DNA from: Thermoplasmatota archaeon
GTDB lineage: Archaea; Thermoplasmatota; Penumbrarchaeia; Penumbrarchaeales; Penumbrarchaeaceae
Assembly: GCA_046483845.1 (NCBI GenBank)
Contig: JAWOCK010000038.1
Coordinates: forward strand, 355-64,354
DNA: 64,000 nucleotides
Direction: 5' to 3'
The notes below the pieces were generated by a model, which saw nothing but the letters and a program-made list of their open reading frames with translations, was not told the origin of the DNA and did no database searches. Position numbers and translations under genes: made by a program. Shown here in pieces: positions 1 to 9,912 of the stretch (position 1 is the first letter of the stretch; each line of letters begins with the position of its first letter).

Positions 1-554
1 ATGGCGCCGGTGGGACAATATTTTTCGCAGGCCCGGCATTTGCCGCCGCCTTTTTTGCCCTGGTTCCCGCCCTTAACAAAAAAAATGCAGTTTTCTTTAT
101 CAATTGCGTATTTAAGCGGAACTGTCTGGCCATACTTAATGTAGGCGGCTTTTCTTTTGACAAGCCCTTCATTATATTCGTCAGGAACCTTTTTAGGACA
201 CTTTTCAGCGCAAAGGTTACAGGCGATGCACTTTTCCATGTCCACCACCCTGGGTTTCTGCCGAACACTAACCTGGAAATTTCCTTCACTGCCGCTGATG
301 TTTTCTATCTCAGCCAGAGTCATAAGCTCGATGTTCAAGTGCCGACCGCACTCAACCAACTTTGGCGAGATTATTCACATGGAGCAGTCATTTGTAGGAA
401 AAGTCTTGTCCAGCTGGGACATAACCCCGCCTATACCGGATGACTTCTCCACAAGATAAACATAATAGCCGGCGTCAGCCAAATCCAGAGCGGATTGAAT
501 GCCGGCGATACCGCCGCCGACAACCATAACTGCGCCTACTTTTTCTTGTGACAT
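1..554 (-). CDS. hdrA: Heterodisulfide reductase subunit A-like protein, selenocysteine-containing; runs off the window start (3' end missing)
   Basis: Manual translation from ATG 554: [76 protein letters not shown]...[13 protein letters not shown]...[13 protein letters not shown]. Shows the FAD GxGxxG motif, the HdrA DKTFPTxDCxxC motif with TGA (377-375) at the second Cys, and ferredoxin motifs. GGGGG RBS upstream. Confidence 0.92.
333..356 (-). promoter_or_regulatory. Bacterial SECIS-like stem-loop downstream of the hdrA in-frame UGA
   Basis: mRNA GUU-GAGUGC-GGUCG-GCACUU-G-AAC forms a hairpin. The apical loop starts with G, 27 nt after the UGA. Confidence 0.75.
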
Positions 555-595
555 GTTGACCCCCTTTGCCAGATGGTAATAAATGGTTTGCTCGC

Positions 596-628
596 TACAG
601 TCCTGACTCTCCTAGTCCAGGAACTGTA
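596..628. repeat. Imperfect inverted repeat upstream of hdrA
   Basis: TACAG-TCCTG-ACT-ctcct-AGT-c-CAGGA-a-CTGTA. Confidence 0.45.
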
Positions 629-1015
629 TTGAGTACATTGGGTTAAATACGATCATAACCAAAAATAAACAAACTGTTACCCTGCATTGTTATTAATCTG
701 TCGAATAGCTCAAGTTTTAACAAATTGCTAGTATTTATATTTAAAAAATCAAAAAAAACGATAGCAATTTTTTAAAATTAATAGCATCAACGAATTTGAT
801 AGTGAATCAGGCAAGCTTGATTCGGGCTAAAAAAGCAGGAATCTGCTGACAGAAGAATTACAGGAACCCGGACTTGTCCAAATTACCTCTACACTCATAT
901 TGACTTGCTGCTGCAAGTTGTGTTTTAGAAAGACTTAATAGCCGCGCATCAGAACCGGCAACCAAGTCTGAAAAATGCCCGGACCGCAAACACGACAGAG
1001 TATACAAAATTAATC

Positions 1016-1783
1016 ATGAAAACAAAAAAAGAATCTCTAAACAAACTTCTGGTTCTTTTCCTGGCTGGGTTCATCCTTGCAGCCGGATTGAGCTGTACCA
1101 AAAAAATCTCCCCGCCCCCCAGGAAAGACAAATCAGAAACCAGCGCCACCGCACCCGTGCTCCCGGCCTCAGAACATCCAACCCAGAAAAAATATACAGT
1201 GCTGGGGCAGACATTTACTCCCCTGAGCACTCACGATGGCTACACCGAAGAAGGAATCGCCTCCTGGTATGGACCCAAATTTCATGGCCGGAAAACCTCC
1301 AACGGCGAAACTTTTAACATGTATGACCTGACTGCAGCTCACCGGACTTTACCCATGAACACCAAAGTAAAGGTAACCAACCTGGAAAACCAAAAGGTAG
1401 TGGAGCTTAGAATCAACGACCGCGGGCCATTCGCAAAAAACAGAATAATCGACCTTTCCTTTGCCGCTGCCAAAGCAATCGACATGATCGGACCAGGCAC
1501 GGTCAGGGTAAGGGTGGATGCTGTGGGCAGCCTGTCCAGGGCTGAAATGACTGGAAATTATTACGTACAGGTAGGCTCTTTTTCCTCAAGGAAAAGCGCG
1601 GAAAAACTTATGCAAGAAATGAAAAGCGCCGGCTACCAGAAGTCGAGACTCCAGGAATTCTCCAGAAGCAGTGAACGATTGTGGAGGGTGCAGGCCGGAA
1701 AATTTGACAACCTTTTGGCTGCTGAGGATGCCCGGCAAAAGCTTTTGGAAAAAATTCCCGGAGCTTTTATTATTGCAGATTAA
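1016..1783 (+). CDS. rlpA: Septal ring lytic transglycosylase RlpA (DPBB + SPOR), lipoprotein
   Basis: Lipobox [45 protein letters not shown]-terminal [12 protein letters not shown]. Confidence 0.93.
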   Translation: MKTKKESLNKLLVLFLAGFILAAGLSCTKKISPPPRKDKSETSATAPVLPASEHPTQKKYTVLGQTFTPLSTHDGYTEEGIASWYGPKFHGRKTSNGETFNMYDLTAAHRTLPMNTKVKVTNLENQKVVELRINDRGPFAKNRIIDLSFAAAKAIDMIGPGTVRVRVDAVGSLSRAEMTGNYYVQVGSFSSRKSAEKLMQEMKSAGYQKSRLQEFSRSSERLWRVQAGKFDNLLAAEDARQKLLEKIPGAFIIAD

Positions 1784-2060
1784 TCTCAGACCGAAGCTTT
1801 CTGGAAAGCCTGAACACCACAACTTTTCTTCCAGGCAGAGTTATTGATTCGCTGGTCTGGGGATTACGTCCCTTTCTTGGTTTTTTCTCGTAAGTCTCAA
1901 ACTTGCCGAATCCACTGATCAACAGGGCATGGTCTTTCTTAACAGCCTTTTTGATAAGTGAAAGCAAATGCTCTACCTGGACTTTGACTTCAGATCTTTT
2001 ACGATTACTGCTTTCATAAATCTTATCCACCAGATCCGCTTTGGTTAAAGTATTGGCCAT
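1770..2060 (-). CDS. ihfA: Integration host factor subunit alpha
   Basis: TLTKADLVD...ISGFGKFE...[28 protein letters not shown]. Confidence 0.9.
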   Translation of the reverse strand: MANTLTKADLVDKIYESSNRKRSEVKVQVEHLLSLIKKAVKKDHALLISGFGKFETYEKKPRKGRNPQTSESITLPGRKVVVFRLSRKLRSEINLQ

Positions 2061-2146
2061 TTTTCCTCCCTTTTATGATTAAAAAACTTCCCGCCGGTGC
2101 AGAGAACAAACCTATTGTACAATAACCGAAGAACTTACTCTCTTAA

Positions 2147-2410
2147 CAGACTGTTGAAAATCTTCCAATCGGCTTTGTCGCTGCAAAAAGTTCAAACTCT
2201 TACGTATCCTGAATACGCCCCTGTGAAACGAAAAAAGGTTTCACCCAGTGAAACAGAAGAAGGTTTCACAAGGCAGGCGGGGTAAACTTTGATCTTGAAC
2301 TTTTTTTGTTTTTTATCCGGCACCCACTTGAGTCGGCAGCAATAACTCATACCGATAAATATTCACTCAAGTGGGTGCCGGACTGACGCTTGGAATTTTT
2401 GAACAGTCTG
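2147..2410. repeat. Nested-palindrome intergenic element (MITE/REP-like)
   Basis: Outer imperfect IR CAGACTGTTGAAAATCTTCCAA (2147-2168) / TTGGAATTTTTGAACAGTCTG (2390-2410). Inner IR CAAAAAGTTCAA / TTGAACTTTTT. Perfect 18-bp IR TCCGGCACCCACTTGAGT (2316-2333) / ACTCAAGTGGGTGCCGGA (2365-2382). Confidence 0.65.
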
Positions 2411-2444
2411 CCGGGTAAGGACTTTTTTAACAGATTGTCAAAAT

Positions 2445-2864
2445 TCAGGAAAGTGAAATACCGGACTGAATATTCTTTGCGGTCTTCTGCATTTCACTAT
2501 TGTCTTCATATGAAATTTGAGGCCACAACTTAAGACCATCGCCCGTAAACCTTGGTATAAGATGATAATGGGCATGCATGACCAATTGACCGGCTGCCTC
2601 AAAATTATTCATGCCCAGGTTGAAGCCGTCAGCCTTAAGCCCCCTGATCAAACCTGTGCCTACTTTCTGAAGCGCCTTCTGAAGTGCTGGAGCAGTATCC
2701 GCAGGCAAATCCAGGATATTGACCACGTGTTTCTTTGGTATTATCAGGGTATGTCCTTTGGCAACAGGAGATATATCCAGAAAAGCAAGGATTTCTTCGG
2801 TTTCGTAGACCCTGGTGCACGGGACATCACCGCGGACAATCTGACAGAATATACAATCTTTCAT
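2445..2864 (-). CDS. HIT family nucleotide hydrolase
   Basis: MKDCIFCQIV start after GGAGG; GHTLIIPKKH; AGQLVMHAHYHLIPR histidine triad. Confidence 0.92.
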   Translation of the reverse strand: MKDCIFCQIVRGDVPCTRVYETEEILAFLDISPVAKGHTLIIPKKHVVNILDLPADTAPALQKALQKVGTGLIRGLKADGFNLGMNNFEAAGQLVMHAHYHLIPRFTGDGLKLWPQISYEDNSEMQKTAKNIQSGISLS

Positions 2865-2947
2865 CTGTAACCTCCAGCCGGTTATATATACCTGTAAGCA
2901 TTCATTATCCAAACTTAATCTTTTTTGCAAGCCCTGGATTTATTTGT

Positions 2948-3994
2948 ATGAAAACTGCATTCCCCGGGATATTCCAGTTTAAACACCCTGAACCCTTCAG
3001 GTCCAAAAGCCCGGTCTGGCCTGTGTTTATCCCCTTTGCCGGCTGTCCATTCAGATGCGTTTACTGTTCGCAGTTTGTCCAGACCGGGCAGACAGTCAAA
3101 AGCCCGGAACAGACCGGCCGGGATATGACCACGGGCATTTCCGCCAGATATGACAAGACCGGGAAACCAGTTTCTCTGGGTTTTTTCGGGGGAACTTTCA
3201 CTGCCATCCATAACCGGGAAATGATTTTTTATCTGAAGAAAGCATGGCAGCTTAAAAAAGCTGGAGCTGTGGATCACCTTCGCTGCTCTACACGTCCAGA
3301 CTGTATTGATGAACAAAAACTGTCTATCCTTGCTGATTATGGCGTGGACATGATAGAGTTGGGAATTCAGAGTTTTGATCAGAATACCCTGAAATTATCC
3401 AACCGCAGGTATTCCTCCGGTCAGGCTGTACACGCCTGTCACCTGGTTAAAGACTCGGGGTTTGAGCTGGGCATTCAGCTTCTGCCGGGTCTGCCCGGTT
3501 CCGGAAACACAGTTTTCAAAAGGGACATAGCTTTGGTCCGAGGCATAGCTCCGCACATTGTTCGCATTTATCCCTGCCTGGTATTAAAAGAAACTCCTCT
3601 GGCTGAAAAAATGGCTCTTGGACTGTACAGGCCCTGGAACCTGGAGACAACTATTCAAATCACCTCCCAGGCCCTTCTTGATCTCTGGAAAAAGAATATA
3701 CCGGTCATCAGACTGGGGCTGACTCCAGAAAAGACGCTTTTAAAACACATCCTGGCCGGCCCGTGGCATCCGTCGCTGGGGTCTTTATGCAGATCCGCAG
3801 CATTTAAGACGTGGTTTCTATTTCAGCTGGCCGCAACCGGAGGCCGTGCCTGCCGGATTTTCATACCTGAAAGATATGCCAGCGATTTCTGGGGTTATAA
3901 ACAGATGAATCTAAAATCTCTGGCCGCAAAAGGTATTACCCATAAGATGGTCAAGCCCTGGAAAAAGGAATTTTTCAGGATTTATTTTTCCTGA
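2948..3994 (+). CDS. Elp3/YhcC-like radical SAM protein
   Basis: PVFIPFAGCPFRCVYCSQ (CxxxCxxC); FFGGTFT, STRPD, IELGIQS, RIYP motifs. Confidence 0.85.
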   Translation: MKTAFPGIFQFKHPEPFRSKSPVWPVFIPFAGCPFRCVYCSQFVQTGQTVKSPEQTGRDMTTGISARYDKTGKPVSLGFFGGTFTAIHNREMIFYLKKAWQLKKAGAVDHLRCSTRPDCIDEQKLSILADYGVDMIELGIQSFDQNTLKLSNRRYSSGQAVHACHLVKDSGFELGIQLLPGLPGSGNTVFKRDIALVRGIAPHIVRIYPCLVLKETPLAEKMALGLYRPWNLETTIQITSQALLDLWKKNIPVIRLGLTPEKTLLKHILAGPWHPSLGSLCRSAAFKTWFLFQLAATGGRACRIFIPERYASDFWGYKQMNLKSLAAKGITHKMVKPWKKEFFRIYFS

Positions 3995-4238
3995 TTCAGC
4001 CCCAGCAGGCTGGATATTTTCTGTACAGCCGCCTGTATATATTCCTGCTCTGATAGTTTCTGTTTGTCCTGGGCGTTTAATATCTGCTGAGGCAGGTTTA
4101 CGTATTCCTTCCTGGGATGAATTTCATATTCAGCAGGAAAATTATCCGCAAAATACATCTCCTGAAATCCGCTGAATTTAAGCGCATGAGCCGTGGCATC
4201 GAGTATGGCTGTCTCATTTCGCTTTAAAAGAGGAACTC
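3982..4238 (-). CDS. thrC: Threonine synthase C-terminal fragment (5' part lost at junction)
   Basis: Manual translation ...LLKRNETAILDATAHALKFSGFQEMYFADNFPAEYEI...LLGLNQEK*. TAHxLKF is the threonine synthase C-terminal motif. No start before the compositional break. Confidence 0.6.
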
Positions 4239-4241
4239 CTG

Positions 4242-4814
4242 GTGGGAGGGCAGGGACTTGTCGATCCGGATATGTTCAGAGGTTTCGATCACGTTGCACT
4301 CGGACATCTCCACAGACCACAGGTGGCATCCGGGAGGAACAGGGCCGAATATTCGGGATCGCTGCTCCCCTATTCCTTCTCCGAGGCCGATCACTCAAAA
4401 TCATCCCTCCGATTGGTGCTCGAGAATGGGGAGATAGCGAGTGAGCCGGTACCGCATATCCCTAGAAGGGAGTTCTCGATCCTCAATGGCAGGATGAAGG
4501 ATCTGCTGGAGAATGAGAGGTATTCCGGCTTCAGGGACCACTATCTGTCAGTAATATTGACCGACAAAGGATTCCTGGTGGACATCCAGAAGCAGCTCAT
4601 GGAGAGGTTCCCACATGTACTAGAAATAGACCAGCCTTCACTCCATATCGAACCATCCGAGCACGGAAGCGTATCAAGAGAGGAAGCTGACGACCCATCC
4701 ACATTGTTCTCACTGTTCCTGGATAGGTTCCAATGGGATGAGAGGAGGGAACGGGCAATGGAGATATTCAACGAGATAAGGAGGGAACTTGAGAGGAAGG
4801 AGGTGAGATCCTGA
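4242..4814 (+). CDS. sbcD: Exonuclease SbcD, C-terminal part (5' truncated at junction)
   Basis: VGG...FDHVALGHLHRPQ, YSGSLLPYSFSE motifs; N-terminal phosphoesterase motifs absent. Confidence 0.88.
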   Translation: MGGQGLVDPDMFRGFDHVALGHLHRPQVASGRNRAEYSGSLLPYSFSEADHSKSSLRLVLENGEIASEPVPHIPRREFSILNGRMKDLLENERYSGFRDHYLSVILTDKGFLVDIQKQLMERFPHVLEIDQPSLHIEPSEHGSVSREEADDPSTLFSLFLDRFQWDERRERAMEIFNEIRRELERKEVRS

Positions 4815-7800
4815 GACCGATTTCCCTCGAGATGACCAATATCGGTCCTTTCGTTGACAGGACCACGGTGGACCTGTCGCGAATAGATGAGGACGGTCTC
4901 TTTCTGATCAGCGGACCCACCGGTTCAGGGAAGAGCTTCATCTTCGACACCATCTGCTACGCACTCTATGGAAGGACCCCCTCGGGCAGAGAAGGACATC
5001 TGTCCAGCGACCACGCGGGATTGGGAGACGTACCCAGGATCAGGTTCTCGTTCCGGCTTAAAAGCTCCGAATATCTGATAGAAAGGACCCTGGAGTACGA
5101 GGATCACGTCAAAAAGGGTGAAGGGACAACGACCAGGAACGAGAAGGCATCCCTGGTGATGAGAACAGACGAAGGAAGAAGAGAAGAATGCCTGGCCACC
5201 AAGAAGACAGATGTGAACAACAAGTGCGCGGAGATACTGGGACTTGATATGGAGCAGTTCTCCAGGGTGATGATGATACCACAGGGAGAATTCAGGGAGC
5301 TTCTGAGAGCCGAGACCAAGGACCGCGAGAAGCTTCTGAGAAGATTATTCGATTCCAGCCTCTTTTTCGATATATCCGATGAGCTCTCAAGAAGATACGG
5401 GAAACTCTCTGACGAATTGAAGGAAGGGAGGTCCAGGAACGAGACCAGGATCGAGACCATCGTGAACAAATTGGAATTGGATCGGGGACCGGGAGACGGA
5501 TCGACATTTGACGAATGGTCCAGAACCACCTTGGAAAGATCGATGGAGGAGATCTCCAAACTGAACGTGGAGGAAAAGAAGGCCGATAAGGAATGGAAAA
5601 GGATACGGAAGCATCTGGAGATCTGCAAAGAGGCATACAGCACGGAGCGGGCCTTGAGAACTGCCAGTGAAAAGCTGCGGGAATTGAAGAAAAGGGAAAC
5701 CGATGAGATACAACCGCTGAAGAACAGACTGGAACTGTCTGGAAGGGCAGGATACCTGAGGGAGGAACTGGGAAGACTTGATGAGATCATAAAGGCAAGG
5801 GATCGGTCCGTCAGGGAACTTGGACAAAAAGAAAAGGTGCTTAAAGAAAAGAGAAGTGAAATGGAATCCATCAGAAAGGAATACGATGAGATGGCACCCG
5901 GGAAGAAGGAAGAACTGGACTCTATAAAGGAATGCATCGGATCGTTGGATAGAGGTCGACCCAAGGTGGAGGAGATGGACAGAATCCGGTCCACGATGAG
6001 ACCTCTTGAAAAGGAGGTTGAAAAGAAGCATGAGGAAATGAAGACCATCTCCGAAAGAAGAAAAAGGATCGGGGATGAACTGAAAGAATTGATAAGGCAG
6101 GTCAAGGGCCTTCCCGTTCTGGAGAATATTGTAGAGATCACCATGGCACGGAAGGCCGGGGAGGACCTGATATCCATCCTGGAGAGGGAAGAGAGTATCC
6201 GGGAAAAGGTCAGGCATCTGGATTCTGAGGTATCGAAGAAGAAAGAAATGGTCAAGGAGAGAGAATTAGATCTGAAGAAGGTCAGGAAGGGAAGGGAGGA
6301 TTCCATGGCAGGGGAGCTGGCTTCCTCGCTTGAGAAGGGTGTGGAATGCCCGGTCTGCGGATCGCTCCGTCATCCTCGTCCCCGGGAGCCAACCAGTGAG
6401 GACATCTCACAGGAGATGGTGGCGGAGGCGGAAAGATCGCTGGAGAGGGCAGAAGGTGAACTATCGAGGTCGGAGAAGGAATTGACCCGACTCGGGACCA
6501 AGATGGACGAGCTCGGATCCAGGACCAGAGAGATCATTCATGAGAACAGGGAATTGGAACTGCCACTCCGGGATCTGCGCATCAAGGTGGAAGAATTGAG
6601 AACAAAGGAGAAAGATATTGGCTCCACCGAAAAAAGGAGACAGGAACTGGAAGAGAGGATCGAGGGATTGGAAAAAGAGGAGAGGAACCTTCGGGAAGAG
6701 GAGATCCGAACTAACGGGTACTTGAACAAGAAGGGAATGACCCTTGAAGGTCTGAAGACCAGGTTCGATGAAAGGGCTGCTGTTCTGGAGGAGTTGTCCC
6801 TGGACACCGATGATCCTCTGGGATCCCTGGAGGAAAGATCCAAAAAGCTGAAAAAGAGACAGAATGAGCTGTCCGAGTGGATAACGAGGATGGAAGGGGA
6901 AATGGTAAAGATAAAGGAAGTGAACGCAAAGGCCGAACAGGACCATTCCTCCTGCCTGGAGAGGCTGAAGACCTCGAAGGAAAGAGCGGAAAGTACGAAA
7001 AAAGGCATTCTCAGAAAGATCGAGGAAATGGAGGGAATAGATACGATAAAGGATCTCAGGAATGCCATCATGACCGAAGGTGAGGAGAGAAGGCTGAGGG
7101 ATATCATCCAACGGTTCCGGGAGGAACTTTCCGGTCTAAAGCGGAGTGTGGCTGACCACGGTGAGAAGCTGGAATCCTTCGAGATAGAGGTCCCGGACAG
7201 AGAATCACTGGAAAGGGTCCAGGAAGATGAAAGGAGAAGATCCGAGGAATGGAAAAGGGTCCATGGAGAGCTGGTCAACCTGGAGAGGGACCTCCAGTGG
7301 GTGAAGAGAGAGCTGAAGAGCATAAACGATTCCAGAAAGGAGATGGAAGCCAAGGAGGAAGAGATATCCGTAGTCGGAAAACTGGCAATGCAGGTCAAGG
7401 GGAACGCGGTTCCCAGGATATCCCTTGAACGTTTCTTTCTCGCCCAGAGGTTCGAGGAGGTACTTATCGCATCCAATCACAGGTTGAAGGTTCTTTCCGG
7501 GGGCAGGTTCCTGCTCAGGAGGTCCGGGATAAGGGGGAAAAGGTCAAAGGGCGGTCTGGATATCGACGTATACGACAATCATACAGGGCAGGAACGTCCT
7601 GCCCATACCCTCAGCGGGGGGCAGATGTTCCTCTCCTCCCTGGCTCTTGCCCTGGGACTGGCCGATGTGGTCCAGTCGAGGTCGGGAGGTATCCGGATGG
7701 ATGCCCTTTTCATCGACGAGGGTTTCGGTTCACTGGATGATGAAACACTGCAGACCGCACTCAAGGTCCTCTCCGAGCTCAGGAAGGGTCGAATGGTCGG

Positions 7801-7900
7801 GGTCATATCCCACGTGGGCGAGCTGAAGAGGCAGATCAAGTCTGGTTTCGAGGTGGTCCCATCGGCCACCGGTTCCCATCTGAGGTCCCTCCAGGGATAA
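4811..7900 (+). CDS. sbcC: Exonuclease SbcC (bacterial-type SMC-like ATPase)
   Basis: Walker A GPTGSGKS, PQGEF Q-loop, CPVCGS zinc hook, LSGGQ signature, FIDEGFGSLD, ISHV. Probable CTG start at 4811 behind GGAGGTGA, overlapping the sbcD stop. Confidence 0.92.
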   Translation: MRPISLEMTNIGPFVDRTTVDLSRIDEDGLFLISGPTGSGKSFIFDTICYALYGRTPSGREGHLSSDHAGLGDVPRIRFSFRLKSSEYLIERTLEYEDHVKKGEGTTTRNEKASLVMRTDEGRREECLATKKTDVNNKCAEILGLDMEQFSRVMMIPQGEFRELLRAETKDREKLLRRLFDSSLFFDISDELSRRYGKLSDELKEGRSRNETRIETIVNKLELDRGPGDGSTFDEWSRTTLERSMEEISKLNVEEKKADKEWKRIRKHLEICKEAYSTERALRTASEKLRELKKRETDEIQPLKNRLELSGRAGYLREELGRLDEIIKARDRSVRELGQKEKVLKEKRSEMESIRKEYDEMAPGKKEELDSIKECIGSLDRGRPKVEEMDRIRSTMRPLEKEVEKKHEEMKTISERRKRIGDELKELIRQVKGLPVLENIVEITMARKAGEDLISILEREESIREKVRHLDSEVSKKKEMVKERELDLKKVRKGREDSMAGELASSLEKGVECPVCGSLRHPRPREPTSEDISQEMVAEAERSLERAEGELSRSEKELTRLGTKMDELGSRTREIIHENRELELPLRDLRIKVEELRTKEKDIGSTEKRRQELEERIEGLEKEERNLREEEIRTNGYLNKKGMTLEGLKTRFDERAAVLEELSLDTDDPLGSLEERSKKLKKRQNELSEWITRMEGEMVKIKEVNAKAEQDHSSCLERLKTSKERAESTKKGILRKIEEMEGIDTIKDLRNAIMTEGEERRLRDIIQRFREELSGLKRSVADHGEKLESFEIEVPDRESLERVQEDERRRSEEWKRVHGELVNLERDLQWVKRELKSINDSRKEMEAKEEEISVVGKLAMQVKGNAVPRISLERFFLAQRFEEVLIASNHRLKVLSGGRFLLRRSGIRGKRSKGGLDIDVYDNHTGQERPAHTLSGGQMFLSSLALALGLADVVQSRSGGIRMDALFIDEGFGSLDDETLQTALKVLSELRKGRMVGVISHVGELKRQIKSGFEVVPSATGSHLRSLQG

Positions 7901-7907
7901 TGATTTA

Positions 7908-9350
7908 TCACTTACCTTCCCGAGATGTCGATATATCGTACCTTCTCATCAAGGACCTGATATGATATGTGACCCAGAGATAACCCAGAGCGGCCCCAAG
8001 CGCATTCCCGGTCAGTATTCCCGCCCAGACACCGATCAGACCCCAGTCCAGGACGATCCCGAAGAAATAGGCAAAGGTCAGGGCGAATACCAATGTCCTG
8101 AAGATGGTAACAAGCAGCGAATTGAACCCTTTTCCGATGGCCTGGAAGACAGCGCCGGACAGCATTCCGAAGGCTGCGGTGAAGGACATGAGAGAGAACA
8201 TCCTGAGGAAGATGGTGAGATCATGCCTGAGATGCTGAGAATCCGGCGACCATGTGAATATCAGAACGATAAAGCCTGCGAAGATAAAGATCAGGACGGA
8301 CATGCCTATCTCCATCAGTAGACCGTATCTTATCGCATGGTAAAGGGCCAATTTGAGCTTCCTGAAGGACCTTGATCCGTATGCCGCACCGGCGACAGGC
8401 ACCAAAGCCGTTGAGATCCCCATCAGGGGCAGTATGGAGATCATCACGATCCTCCATCCGGTGGAGAAAACCGCCACTCCGTCTGTCCCGCCCACCGTCA
8501 CGACTATGACATTCAGGAACATCATGTTGAATGACATTGACATCTGCTGCAAAGAGGCGGGAAAACCAACCCTCATTATGTCCTTGAATATCAGCCAACG
8601 GAACCTGAACCTCCGCAGCCTGATGGTGACGAAGGTGTTCTTGCGCAGAAAGAGCCAGTAGAACAGGAGCATACCCGTGATCGAGAAAGAGAGCATTGTG
8701 GCCCAGGCGGCTCCTGCGATGCCCAGACCGAACACATAGATGAACAGAGGGTCCAGGAAGATATTGAGAATGGAACCCAGGACCATGGCATACATCGCCC
8801 TCTTCGTATCTCCCTCCGACCTGAGTATGGCGTTTGCGTTATTGGCGAAAAAGATGACCAGTGAGAACATGATGATGATCCGACCGTAGGATAGTGCCAG
8901 GTGCTTGACCTCACCTGCCCCGACAAGGTCGAATACCTCCGGAAGGAGCAGGTAGGTGGGTATCGTAAAGGCGGTGGCGATCAACAACATCAGTACTATC
9001 ACATGACCTGCGACGTTGTCTGCACCTTTCTTGTCCCTTGCACCGATCCTTCGGGAAATTGCTGCACCGCCTCCGATCCCGAGACCGTTGGCGAGGGCCA
9101 TGATCAGAAAGAAGAAGGGAAAGAAGAAACCAACGGCTGAGAGATGATCGGCACCAAGGCCCGACACCCATATCGCGTCCGCCAGATTGTAGATGGTCTG
9201 TACGGACATCGCGATCACCATGGGTATGGAGAGCTTGAATATGGCCTTCTTCGGGTTCCCCAACAGGGTGTCCACACCCTTGGTGGTCTGACCCAATCCG
9301 GCCCCTGGACCTGGAATCGACGAGAAGTTAATCCCCCCCTTCCGCTCCAC
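7908..9350 (-). CDS. MATE family efflux transporter
   Basis: About 12 TM helices; YNLADAIWV, ILRSEGDTKRAM, NIFLDPLFI motifs. True start may be TTG 9296. Confidence 0.92.
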   Translation of the reverse strand: MERKGGINFSSIPGPGAGLGQTTKGVDTLLGNPKKAIFKLSIPMVIAMSVQTIYNLADAIWVSGLGADHLSAVGFFFPFFFLIMALANGLGIGGGAAISRRIGARDKKGADNVAGHVIVLMLLIATAFTIPTYLLLPEVFDLVGAGEVKHLALSYGRIIIMFSLVIFFANNANAILRSEGDTKRAMYAMVLGSILNIFLDPLFIYVFGLGIAGAAWATMLSFSITGMLLFYWLFLRKNTFVTIRLRRFRFRWLIFKDIMRVGFPASLQQMSMSFNMMFLNVIVVTVGGTDGVAVFSTGWRIVMISILPLMGISTALVPVAGAAYGSRSFRKLKLALYHAIRYGLLMEIGMSVLIFIFAGFIVLIFTWSPDSQHLRHDLTIFLRMFSLMSFTAAFGMLSGAVFQAIGKGFNSLLVTIFRTLVFALTFAYFFGIVLDWGLIGVWAGILTGNALGAALGYLWVTYHIRSLMRRYDISTSREGK

Positions 9351-9789
9351 CCTGAAGATTGCATTCCATCCTTACTAGCATGTCAAGCAGCATCTCCCTT
9401 TCATCATCGGAGAAACCCCTGAGCACTATCTCGATCCAATCCTTCCTGGCTTCCAGCAGCTCTCCTTTCTTTTCCAGTGCCTTATCGGTCAGGTACACTC
9501 TGTAGGCACGCCTGTCCCCTTGGTCCCTTTCCCTCTTCACGAAACCCGCAACCTCCAGTTTGGTTATGGTCCTTGTTGTGGTTGCCTTGTCCACAAGCAT
9601 GTGGCGGGCGATCTCTTTCTCCGTTACACCATCCCCCCTGAACAGGAAGAGCATGGTCCCATAGGTACTGCCGTCTATGCCTACATGGAGCAGTCTCCAT
9701 GTCAGGTATGATCTGGTGTACTTGTTGATGTGGGAAAGCAGTCTGCCTATGGAATGCGGACCGCACTGGACATCCATGTAGTTGCGCAT
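9328..9789 (-). CDS. MarR family transcriptional regulator
   Basis: DKATTTRTITKLEVAGFVKR...DRRAYRVYLT wing motif; directly upstream of the MATE gene; start could be ATG 9777. Confidence 0.9.
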   Translation of the reverse strand: MRNYMDVQCGPHSIGRLLSHINKYTRSYLTWRLLHVGIDGSTYGTMLFLFRGDGVTEKEIARHMLVDKATTTRTITKLEVAGFVKRERDQGDRRAYRVYLTDKALEKKGELLEARKDWIEIVLRGFSDDEREMLLDMLVRMECNLQGGAEGGD

Positions 9790-9794
9790 GCAAC
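9781..9794. promoter_or_regulatory. Putative MarR operator palindrome
   Basis: GTTGC-GCAT-GCAAC at the marR start, next to the AT-rich TATA-like tract at 9797-9806. Confidence 0.5.
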
Positions 9795-9912
9795 CATAAT
9801 ATATATCGGTTGTGGACAGAAATGTGAAAGGTCCATCTAAACACTAAAATTATATTTATCCGTATACCTTTCACCTTTCAAAGGCATGTTATTCTTATAG
9901 AGGTGATACGAC

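Noticed and set aside
5104..7476. Long antisense ORFs opposite sbcC (similar ones lie opposite pan, aminopeptidase P and the surface proteins)
   Set aside because: Ser/Phe/Leu-rich shadows of GA-rich coding strands with no recognisable motifs.
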